From NCBI GenBank assembly GCA_030141605.1, contig JAQGDQ010000800.1, positions 30,373 to 94,372 of the forward strand: DNA of 64,000 nucleotides, written 5' to 3'. Positions within the stretch are counted from its first letter, which is position 1; each line of letters starts with the position of its first letter. The position numbers and the translations under genes are program-made. The notes beneath the pieces are model-generated. The model did not search any database. It worked only from the letters and a program-made list of their open reading frames with translations, and was not told the origin of the DNA. Below are positions 50,490-64,000 of this stretch, in pieces. The stretch is from Tubiluchus corallicola. Its lineage: Eukaryota; Animalia; Priapulida.

Positions 50490-50765
50490 GCAAATCTGTG
50501 CTAACATGCTATTTTGAACATTAATTTGGACATAATTTGAACATAAATGCTTTGAAATCTGTGCTAACGTGCTATTACGAACATTATTTTGGACATAATT
50601 TAAACATAAATGCTTTGAAATCTGTGCTAACGTGCTATCACGAACATTATTTTGGACATAATTTAAACATAAATGCTTTGACATCTGTGCTAACATGCTA
50701 TTACGAACATTAGTTTGGACATAATTTAAACATAAATGCTTTGAAATCTGTGCTAACATGCTATT
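50490..50765. repeat. Minisatellite, 63-bp unit x about 4.4; partial units also at 49397-49472
   Basis: 21-aa periodicity in ORF 50430-50798; AAATCTGTGCTAACATGCTATTACGAACATTA repeated. Confidence 0.9.
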
Positions 50766-51714
50766 GCTACGTTGCTTGCAGTATTCTTCTTGGAACAAAC
50801 AACATGTCCGCTAACTTCGATGAACCTCGTATCAAAAACGCCACAAGACTGATTTTATTTTGATGTGGCTTGTTTAATTCCTCTTATTTTTCTGAAAAAC
50901 GAAAACCTTAAACTTCTAGGCATTGAATTAGACGTCGAATTAAAAAAAACAGAAAAAGAAAAACAATCTGATTATAGGATATAATTCGAAAGTTTTAGGG
51001 TTTTCATTTTTCGCCAATAGATGGCACAAAGTTAGTTGCTTTTTAACCCAACGCGTCAGAATGGAAAGTAAGTTTGCAAGGAGGCGCATATGTCTTTTTT
51101 GTGGCATTGCTATAGATTTCTCAAATATTTGCACTGTGTCGCCACCTATTCATGTTATCTTGAATTATTGCTTTCTTCGTACATCTGTAGATGCATCAAT
51201 CGTATGTGTAAAATGTTGCAGTAACACGATTTTCTAATGTTTGTGAATTCGAACAGGAGTTTTGATTTTTGATTTTTTTGACATCAGTTTATTCGCTTGT
51301 CGTAAATGCATACTGGCGATCTTACCGATTCAATTTAATTCAAAGGTTTATTTATCTCTAAGATAATATTTATAACACAAATACAACAAATTATGTAAGG
51401 TGTGTAGAGATGGGGTGGCGAAAGACCAGGTGGTCATCGAGTCAGCCACCCCTATATAACTTAGAAATATTATAAAGCACGGCAGACTACATGGTTAAGT
51501 GAATAATGCGTGGTTAGCTCTTAAGTGTAGCAAATAAACAAGATGCAAAGCAGTTATATTATAATAATACCAATGAAAAACAAGCAAGCAAATAATGCAA
51601 TTGAAAATTAAAACAACAACTGAACAAGTCATGAATGCAACCACAAAAAAGCAAGCAATCTGGTTATTCATTCTATGAATAAGTCGGTGAGACGTAAAGG
51701 GAACGTCCACTAAG

Positions 51715-52050
51715 AAGTGGTCAGACCCGCTCTAATTTATGGGCTGGAAGCAGCTTCTCTAAAGAAGACCGAATAGAAGAAAATGGGTGTGGTGGAGATG
51801 AGGATGTTCAGATGGATGGTGGGAATAACAAGAAGAGGTAAAATTAGAAATAACAATATCAGAGGAACAGTAAAAGTAGTGGAATCCTCGCAAGATTGCG
51901 ATGGTATGGACACCTGAAAAGAAGAGTCGGTGAAGATCATGTGGGAAGGGAAGACATAAATGAAGAGATGGTCAACAACAGGAATGCGTGGAGAAGACTC
52001 ATCACAACGGCGACCCCGAATAGGGAAAAGCTGGGAAGAAGAAGAAGAAA
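51715..52050 (+). mobile_element. RTE-clade LINE 3' end with (GAA)n tail
   Basis: VRPALIYGLEAASLKKTE*KKMGVVEMRMFRWMVGITRRGKIRNNNIRG...RWYGHLKRR...AWRRLI, the typical RTE ORF C-terminus. Confidence 0.85.
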
Positions 52051-53933
52051 GTTTACTCTTATTAGAGTAATTACTAACTAACGTATTTTTTATCATTTTT
52101 AAGCTATAATCAAAGCTTATTAAATTCTTATCAATTATCAAAGCTCTGCAATCATAATTAAAGTAGACTGTATTGTTTTTAAATTCCTTGATGTACAATA
52201 AACCTCAGCAAATTAAAACAACCGATTCTAATTACGAAATACCCAGTAAATAATGAAATACGGCAAAATGACTCTAATTATGATTTAAAACGATCAGTAA
52301 ATAATGAAATACTGAACATAATAAATTAATTTAATCTATTTGTATATCTTTGTGCTGACTCGCAAGCGGTATGGGAAAACTGTAAGATAGTTTGAATACT
52401 TACTCTACGAATCATCTGTGTTGCTGACGTTTCGCTGCAATACTGCATTGTGCTGCACCCTGGCGGCGATTGTCACAAACTTTTTGCCAGACAAGCGGAC
52501 AATGAATTATCAAACGAGAGAATGGCTGTTTGCTTGGTGCATAACCGTAATACCATTATCCAATTCATAATGACATTAATTAACTACACTTTAACAAAAA
52601 TTTAAGTTAAATTAGTCATCAAAAGAAATTATTGTTTAATTATGCATTTAATTACGTTTGGAAGTTAAAAATGACAATCAGTAGTATCCGATACTTAAAA
52701 CGGTTTGAGCATTTTAACACATAGGCCTACTACCAGCCTAGATTCAACATCTAAATTACAATAAAATTTTATTGATTTTTTTGCCTTGTTCTTCATTGAC
52801 TCATTAATTAAATTACTAATGATTAATAACTGTAGAATTGCAGAATTATAATTACACATTGACAAAAGTTAACACCATGAGGTCTTGGCGTTAGTTGCTG
52901 TTGTCGTTGTTGGAGTTACAAACTTTCATTTCTGGTTGTTGGTACAGATTATGCAAAACAAGGCATCATTGATAAATCTTTAGAGCTGATGTCAACATAG
53001 CACAATCTATTATCTTTCTTCCTACCATTTCCACTAACACATCTTTCTACCCTTCCTGTGTGATCTAACCTTTCTCCCAGTTCTTTTTTTTTGTTCACTC
53101 ATCCAGCCTTTTTTGATCTGGTTCACATGACAGTGGGCTTATACAAGCCTTTGCTTCTCTAGCCCACTGCAGTACAATTATTCTTTTATGATAACGATAG
53201 TGTATGAAACATAAGAATTTAATACAGTAGATGTAATAATTTTGATGTCACTGTGTGCTTAATGTCATTATATTGTACTGAACGTGATAATAACAAAAAC
53301 CTCAAACATTTTCATTAACGATTCAGAAAACTTTTTTTACCACAAGTTTTCGTTGACTTTAAAAACTATTCTGGATTAACAGACAGGTTAAACTGTATTC
53401 TTAGATGTGCAATTATTGCTTTTCAAAATGATTTTATAAAGAAGATTTCTGATTTCACAGAAATTTCATGAATCATGAATCAAACAGCAACTGTTGTGAG
53501 CGAATATCGGCAGCACCTGCTGAAATACCCACTATGGAACGAACTCTGTAATCAAACAAGCAATTCTACTTTGGAATTCTCTACCATTACAGGTTAAACA
53601 AATCAAGTCCCTATCAGCATTTAAAACAAAATTAAAATCACTAATATTAACCAGATATGAAATACCATCACATCAGTACGACAACATACACACTAATTCA
53701 GAATTCATATATCCACGGCCATATTAATAAAATCATATTTTTTTCATTTTTTTGTGCATAGTTGTTTAATATGTTTGATTTTATTCGTCGTTACTTTCCA
53801 TTAGTGCACAGTAGTTTAGATTGCACTGACGCATTTGCCTTTAGCAGTGTAAGTTTTTATTAACTAACACTGATTGATCATCTCTGTAAAGTTTTTATCA
53901 GTGATTATCAATGTATTTTAATGGCAAATAAAG

Positions 53934-53994
<61 letters not shown>

Positions 53995-54270
53995 GGAAAG
54001 AAAAAGCCAGTCAACATGTTTGGTTTATTTTACTGTTATCACTTAAACTTAGAAAAATATAGCAAAAAAGTTCGCAAAGAACTGCCCAAAAAGCACAAAA
54101 TCAGAATTTACTATTACTAACGCAAAACATTACAAAATTAGCTGTCTAATGTTTTTGTAAAAACTTATTATACTTTTGGTGAAGACTAACTGTGTGCTGC
54201 TTTTCTTCAAGACGAATGACGTCACTGGAGGAAGAATGGACATTGAAAACGGAGGTTCCAAAGCAATTAA

Positions 54271-54728
54271 CCCTTTCAGTCCCAAATTATTTTTTAATAA
54301 TAAAAAAATTTTTGGCTTGGTACTTTTATTCAGTATGCCCATCTTGTTTACAAATAATAATAATTTTTTCTACCTGTGTCCGCGTGCTAAATATAGCCTG
54401 TATCCCACGGGATACATTGAGATTCAATGGAAGCATAAAATGTGCTTCATTTTGCAATTGCCGATAATTTTTTAAAGTATTTAAGACATTTAGCATGCAT
54501 GCTATGCTGATCTGTATGAAGTCGTCTCTAAAGTACTGTACCTTGCACAGTTTCTTATGCTATGTAGATTTTCTAGTTTGCCATTTTATCACCATTTTTA
54601 GTCTATTGTTATTGGCTTAAATCAAAATAACTATTAACAGATCAAATAACTATCAGTTTTGAAATTTTATTAATTTTAAAGGCAGAAAATATTCTCGTAT
54701 CCCACGGGATACAACGGCTTTGAAAGGG
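54271..54728. mobile_element. piggyBac-like MITE (458 bp)
   Basis: TTAA|CCCTTTCA...TGAAAGGG|TTAA; internal palindrome GTATCCCACGGGATAC occurs twice. It sits in an older repeat whose uninterrupted copy is at about 4260-4455. Confidence 0.88.
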
Positions 54729-55276
54729 TTAAAGTGATTTTACTAGTTACAAGGGGCGCTTACTGCAGTTTTATTACTAAATCCTTCTAACATTTTTCGT
54801 GAACATTGAAATAAGCACAATCTCCCAAAAAGCTTGACGTTTCCTTTAAAAACAAAAACACTCTTATTGCAAATAGTTCAACGCTGTTACCATTAATTTG
54901 TGTTATTCTGTTTTCCTTGCAACAATTAAATCGTGCAAATTTTGACAGCTAAAACACACCAGGTAGATATGACTGACGTACAAAAGAGCAGGTGTGTTGT
55001 GTCTGCTCGGACAGGTATGTCATAGGCGTGTGCTCGTGCATAGCAAATTATCTCCAGGTGTGCTCAGTAAAAAACGGAAAAATCACAAATTTGTAACAAA
55101 GAAGTCTGCAAATTCGGTTCAGCGGTTCAGTCGGCACGAAAAAGTGAATAATGACGTGGCAGTTGACCTTGAAGAAATGGTGAAAAAAGTCAGATGTAGG
55201 TATAAGAAACGATTTCTTTTAAATAAGTACAGACGTAAGTGAACACAAGTGCTGAGGCGAAGATAATATCTCATTC

Positions 55277-55783
<507 letters not shown>

Positions 55784-56126
55784 TTAAATGAGGTTAACTT
55801 ATCAAAGAATCTAGATGTTTACTGATGAACTATGAACTATGAATTTATTTTCACACATCAAAATACAATATTGTACACATTAATAAACAATAAATAAAAT
55901 GATTTGAGTAGTGCGAGGTAAGTGTACGACCATACGGACATTAACACACTCACCTTACTTAAATGAAAAAATTATTAAAGTTATGCGTGCTTCTGTAGAT
56001 GACTTAATGTAATTGATGTAATAAAGTAAATGATGTAATAATAGCAAGGAAACAGCTGATGGTTTTACAAACGCCAAGTTAACTTAGTTTTGATGGAACG
56101 TAGGCCGGAAATGTGAATAAGTTGTA

Positions 56127-56195
56127 ACGCGGTTCGGATTTGAACCAAAGACCTTAGTTCTGCAAGAAACTGATATTTAAGCGAGTTGAACTTTG
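56127..56195 (-). pseudogene. Degenerate tRNA-derived sequence
   Basis: B-box GGTTCAAATCC with a T-stem and an anticodon-like arm AGTTT...GAACT; the 5' half is poor. Confidence 0.3.
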
Positions 56196-57570
56196 ACATT
56201 GTATGTATTCGCCTGAAAGAATTAATAATTATTAATGTACACTCACGTATTTAATTCTTCGGGTGTTTAATAATGCATTTCGTCTTTAAGGACTTTAGCC
56301 ATATCATATGCTACATTGGACGCCAAAGTAGAAAAAACGGTGATCAACAAGACAAATTTTTTTTGCCGTACTTTTGCCTAGCCGTTGTTTAACTTACGAA
56401 TCCCTGAAAAGGAATGATGACCTTTTGGGCTTCCTGGGCTGATGAAATTATTGGGGATCCCCTCCGACGAGGTACCCTATTTACATAGGAACCACATTTA
56501 CATAGCTTGAAGTATTGCAAATTTCTTATATAAACTGGAATAGCTTGTCTTTTGTTTGTCAATAAAACATACCTATTAGAATATTAGAAAAATATTAGAA
56601 AATAAGAAACACCTATTAGATATTTATTGCAAACGAAATTAGTAAGCATTTCAACACCCAATTCTCTAGTTACCGAACTTGAGGGTCCCCCAAGCTTGAG
56701 AGGCCCTGGGCTGCAGCCTATAGGATCATGCAAACCTTTATCATAAAATATACTGTTACTAGTACAAATTAACTTCAATTCACCAACTATAAGTCCTTGA
56801 AGTAGGTCTATGTATAACTAGACATTTCTCTTTAACAGCAGTATGAAAGACTTTGAAAAATTTAATTTTAACTGATTATCTATATTCTGTAGCAACCTTT
56901 CATTGCAAATTAATTTCATTTAATCTCTGGAGGTCCCCGGAAGCCCCTGTGCTAATGCCTTAATTCGGAAGTGGGTACTAAGGGTGAGCATCGAACGTTC
57001 GAATCCAATTCGAATGTTTGAGTTCGATTCGTACGAGTTTTTTAAGTTCGAATTCGAAATTACAGATTCGAATAATTCAGCACTCCAGCCACACACGTTC
57101 TTTAGCACTAAAATGTCTGAAACAGCATGCAATTAGCCCAATTTAGCTGCAGTTTCTGTGCAAAACTTTTAACAAACTAATGGCGGTTTTACTGCAGAAC
57201 AAAATCAATTAATATGCACGATCTTTGTAAGACCACTTTAATCTAATGTAAATTAATCTACTGCCTGATTGGAGTTTGTCATGTTGGACTAAGGTATATT
57301 GATTGGAGAAAAGATTAATGAGTGTGTTCGGTTGATTGTCTTTAGCCAGAGGATAAATAATGTAATATAATTCCTGTTCCTGGGAATTGTGATTTTGCTA
57401 ATTACGCCTAATTAGGGAACTAAGTAATTATGGTGGTCTAACGTGATGAAGATTATTCATAGTATATTTGATAATTAACGCACAAACAGTTAAGTTCCTA
57501 TAACTAATAATTAACTTATAACTACGCACACGAAGAATATTTTACTCTGCTTTTTATATATACAATTTAA

Positions 57571-57571
57571 A

Positions 57572-57665
<94 letters not shown>
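57571..57665. repeat. (CA)n(GA)n microsatellite
   Basis: Direct inspection. Confidence 0.95.
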
Positions 57666-57670
<5 letters not shown>

Positions 57671-58832
57671 ATAATAATCTTTATTTGCCATAAAAAATCG
57701 ATATTCATAACTATAAAAGCGTAAAAGAACACTCGCAGCATGAGAATAAAATTCACACAACTGTTAAAGGCAAATGCGTCCAGTGCAAACTAGAAACTAC
57801 TGTGTCAAAAATTTAAAACAAAATATACATTATAATGTTACACGAAAATTATAATAGACTATATACAATATATAAATATACAATTTAAAATGGACGTGGG
57901 TAAATAAAATTTATGGATGAATATGTATTATCGTTTACGCATGAAGAGTTTTCAAAACGGTTTGATGTATTGTTTACGTAAACATTAACAACATCAGCAA
58001 ACCATTCCAGAATAACAGATTTACCTTTTTTCCAAATCCTATCGTTAATTCCAGAACAAGCAATCTAAAACAAATTAGGACAAATACCCACTATGGAACG
58101 AACTCTGCAATCAAGCAAGCAATTCTACTTTGGAATTCTCTACCATTACAGGTTAAACAAATCAAGTCCCTATCAGCAAATAAAACAAAATTAAAATTCT
58201 GTAGTAACCTTTAACCGTAAATTAATTTCACTTAATCTCTGGAGGCCCCTGGGCTGCAGCTTATAAAGCTGCATGTTTTAACCGGGCACTTATCCTAACA
58301 CATGTCCCATCATAGAAAAACCTATTAAATTATTCATACAATCATCAACTCTAAGTGCAAGTTTACACTGACCAGTGGGAGTTGGATGCAATCTCTGTAC
58401 ACCTGTAATTATCATCTCTCTTGCCCAAGTAAACACGACAAAGCCATAGGGTCCGATAACACAGTTTGATAATGGTAATCACCTGCATTCTCTTTCCACA
58501 GTAATCTTAATAAAACGTGACTATGCTCAACATTTTACTGAACACTTTATAATCATGATCACAGTTTTTCTTAGTTCTCGCTCCATTTCATCTTTCATTC
58601 ACTACTCAACAACAGCCCCCCACCCCCACCCCACTCACTTTCATGTATATATTATCGTTATTTCAGTTATTAATCACTTCTTTAAGATTTCCGCGTACAG
58701 TTTGGCCTGTCAAGCTATGCTTTTAGGCTCAAACTGTATGCATCAAAATTACTCTGTAATGTAATTTGCACATGTATATGCTGCATAAGTATGCTGCATA
58801 AGAATCTCTTTTGTAATTTCTGGATAATATTG

Positions 58833-58863
<31 letters not shown>

Positions 58864-59394
58864 TTCAGTGAAATTATCTGTTTTTTAGTATAACTGTTAG
58901 ATGCAGAGTGGAAATAAATAAACTTATAACTTATAATTATGACGTCAGCAGGTGTGCAATTCTACGAGTATGACACGAAGATTATGACGCGGTATCCACA
59001 CGGGTGGGTGGTCATATTCTCATATAAAGAGGATCGTGAGCTCTTTAGCATGACTCATTTTCACGATCAGCAATCCATGCAACAATTTTACGTGTACGAA
59101 TTGAATATAGAGATTTCCGGAAGGCGTGGGCGTGAAATGGAGAAATGTGATTAGTGTCATGCCAACAACTATTAACAATAAAGGAGTCCTTACATACGAG
59201 AGAAAAGACAAAAATCTCCTCGCATGCACAAAGATGCTCACTTCTAGGGAGTAAACACAGCACTGAAACAGCTAACAAAGGTTACGTAAACCTAGGTGAG
59301 CTCAGAAAGCTGTGCCACTCTCCAGCTAATTTGAGGCATTTTGACGTTCGGCCATGCGTGGCAATGAACACGTGTATTACCATGTTTATATGGC

Positions 59395-60365
<971 letters not shown>

Positions 60366-60904
60366 CGAACATGTAAAATGTGCTTTTATAAATATGCACA
60401 AAAAGTATGAGATGAAAGTTCTTCAGGTGTTCAGGTTTTGGAAGGCACATCACAAGTCAGTAATAACTAATTTTATATTGGCTGTCATTAGTCTGATTTC
60501 TGAACTTGTGACTCGCATCCAAATCATTTAGAAAAACCAAAGTTGCCGGACAGTCAAGCAATATATCAAGCACTGCGTGTTCGTTTCTTTATTTCAAGAA
60601 AGTCGTCACCTTGACAACAGCACTGATTTCTTTGTTTAGCAGCTGCTAGGCACATTTTTTCTGAAAGAAGCTGCAGCGCACGTGCCAAGACAGGAAATGC
60701 GGTGTCTCCTTACAAAAAATCTCAAGGAACGCCAAACTACTGCATAATCTGTGTTTGACTCTCACTGGAGATCTGGGATCGTGATAGCCTGGTTTAGGTT
60801 TCATATTGGTTTAGACTGATCGTGTCACTTTCTTAGATTAATGAAAAGCCAGCTAAGGAATGAATAAACTAACAAACATGGTCTTAGAAAAGTAAAAATA
60901 GTGA

Positions 60905-61745
<841 letters not shown>

Positions 61746-62949
61746 AAAACAGACAAAATACAACACAAAATAAAACCTGCCGTATTAATTATCGTCATTT
61801 ACATTAAGGATGGAGCAAATGATTTACGTGGAGAGAAGCGTCTATGAAATAAAGAAACACTGATGACGCAATTTTAATTCCTATTGACACGAATAGTGAT
61901 AATTAATGAAAATTTACACTATTAAAAACAAGGAGAAACACAAACGTTTCAAATGTTTTCAACGTTTCCGGTGAAAGAAAAAAGAGAAAGAAATCACGTA
62001 AGATGAATGACACTAATTTTGTTGAAATTTTTCTATGCCATTAACTCATAAAGACATCACACTAAAAGGATATGATTACAAAAACACAATACAGAAGCAC
62101 AAAAAATAAAAAACAAGGTAGAAAAACGCAGAAGCATTACGTTTTCCTTGTTTTTTAATTGTGGGATTTTTCATTAATAACCAGTGACAGTACCGGTGAT
62201 GTACTGCAAAGTGTGAACAGACCTTAACGTCAACAGCCATACCACCAGCGTCTTTGTCTTTACTTGTCTTTGAGTTTAAATAAACACGAAAAATCATCCG
62301 CAGATGCCCGCCATGTACCAGCTGCTCCTCTGCTCGTTTTTTGACCCTCTTTCTGCAGCTGTTCCCAGCACGCGTCATCCTTTGTCCCAGTCCCGGGTCG
62401 TCCCGACCGCAGATAACAATTTCAACTCTTTCCAGACGTCTGGGGTTCTTGGGAACGAGGTGGAGGTTGTCACCAACGTGGCATTGAACCGTCTTTGTGT
62501 CTGGGGCTGGAGTTACGGCGCGAGGAGGAGTTTGATAGCTCTGCCACGTGCCTCCGCGACATCCAGACAAAATCTAGATGGGAATAATATTATCACTCCC
62601 GGATTTATGGATTCCGGCAGATATTCCGATATCCGACACCTCAGACATGTGCGTCTCGTTTAATCTCGTCTTCAGACGAGCTCGCTCTGGATTTACTATT
62701 GCGAGAGAGAGCGAGGATTATTCCCCCCCCCCCACCTCCGGGGTAGGGTAAATATTCGCCGCCAGTCATTCCAGCACTTAAGCAAACATGGCTCTCAATT
62801 TAAAGACAAATATTCAAAAAACTAAGTAAAATAATTCAATCTGGATTCAGAAGGGCGGGAGGCTAGTTCAATGTACTCTAAAAGGCGGAAAATTTATACG
62901 GTTGGGAGGAGGAGGGGGGGCTGTGGGGGGGCTGTTAGGGGAGATTTAA

Positions 62950-63461
62950 AGGAAAACCGGACGATTGTTTAGGCTCAATCTCTTTTTAATTTACTGTCCC
63001 AAATATACAATTTCTTGCGTATAAAAATTAACAAATGTTCCTTATATTTGAATAATTAGCGTAGAAAGTTAATTAACGGCAACCGAACACAGCTATTGCT
63101 TACGTCAGAAACTAACCACAGTTTGTGCAATGGCAGGCGTCTTCCCTTGCGAGTCGAGCACATTTGTGCAAGTGTTACTGTTTAAACGCGTGGTGTCACG
63201 AAAATGATCTGTACGTCATATGACGTCAGAAACTAACACTGCAGTTCATGATCATGGTTATCACGGTACCGCTTCTATTTGTCGGCCACGCGATTGTGAC
63301 AAGAAGGTGCCGCTGCTAATCGTAGTAGATTCACTGAGCCGCGCGTAGCTTTGAAAGTTTAACGAAATTTGAGTATCGGAGGTAATTATTATTTAATCTA
63401 AGCTTTGATTTAAGAAAAACTTTTGTAGTTTTCAATATTTTAGAGTATTCTTTATTCTGAA
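62950..63461 (-). mobile_element. Kolobok-like MITE (copy 4, inverted)
   Basis: TTAA|AGGAAAACCGGACGA, then the reverse complement of 14455-14930. Confidence 0.78.
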
Positions 63462-64000
63462 TATAGATATGCCATGTAAATGTGAGCTACTCTTTAATGT
63501 TTGCAGGAACATGTTCTCACTACAAGTATTGTTAGAAGAAAAGGGAGATTAGGGCGTACGGAAAGAAAGAAGAATTAAAAGAAAAGAAAATGAAAGACAG
63601 AGGAAGAGATTGAGAAAAGCAAATGAAAAGATTTGTAGAAAGGAAAAAAGAAGCGATAGTAGACGGTGGAAGCAAGAAAGTAAAAAAAGTGGAAAAAGTG
63701 GAAGAAGTGGAAGAAGATAATGAAGAACAAAGGAACAGGCAAAATAACAGAGAAAAAATACACGAAAAAGAAACGGAGAATGTATTCTGGAAAGAAGAAA
63801 AAAGAATAAACTGAATTAAACAGACAAAGATGATTTACATAAATTCAAATCAATTCAATTCAACTATATGCAATTGTGGCAGGCCTAGAATCTATGTCAT
63901 TATCAAGAATAACCACTGACATGAGAGTGTATCTGACATCAGATACTAACCAGCAAAAGTGTTTAAAATTTTCCATCTGCAAATACAATTTAATGCCATC

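Noticed and set aside
50430-50798. 122-aa ORF with 21-aa repeats
   Set aside because: Translation of the 63-bp minisatellite.
58370-58485. Possible DSL-like (CRVY...RDDNYRC) or discoidin-like (EMIITGV) exon of the EGF gene
   Set aside because: Cysteine spacing does not fit DSL, the acceptor lacks a pyrimidine tract, and the alternative frame has a stop.
62640-62690. Hammerhead-like CTGAAGA...GAGAC...GTC on the minus strand
   Set aside because: The core GAAA is mutated and stems I and II pair poorly.

Overview
AT-rich, repeat-dense genomic DNA from a bilaterian invertebrate (plausibly a spiralian; the organism cannot be fixed from sequence alone). It is not prokaryotic and has no CRISPR array or rRNA. 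Four host genes can be assembled by hand. (1) The 5' part of a plexin-A-like gene on the minus strand (5 coding exons, 13697 to 3793: signal peptide, Sema domain, first PSI), with an apparent 1-nt frameshift in a G6 run. (2) An intronless-CDS C2H2 zinc-finger gene (minus, 18259-19269). (3) A type I membrane protein largely missed by the ORF track (minus, about 46235 to 26154): four Notch/Delta-type EGF exons, a Ser/Thr stalk, a TM helix and a two-exon cytoplasmic tail; its 5' end was not found. (4) An intronless secreted C-type lectin (plus, 48836-49405) flanked by minisatellites and a Helitron-like end. The rest is transposon debris (mariner, pogo/Tigger, hAT, piggyBac, Kolobok-like, Harbinger-like, Helitron-like, CR1/L2/RTE/RLE LINE ends, LTR-like repeats) plus mini- and microsatellites, which explain most long low-complexity ORFs. 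The best leads are RNA-level: an array of consensus U1/5' splice sites in the EGF gene 3' UTR, a candidate 27-nt UGC-type microexon in the plexin Sema domain, competing inverted repeats bracketing symmetric EGF exons, and a covarying stem-loop shared by five retroposon 3' ends. All are hypotheses; no new multi-gene system is established.
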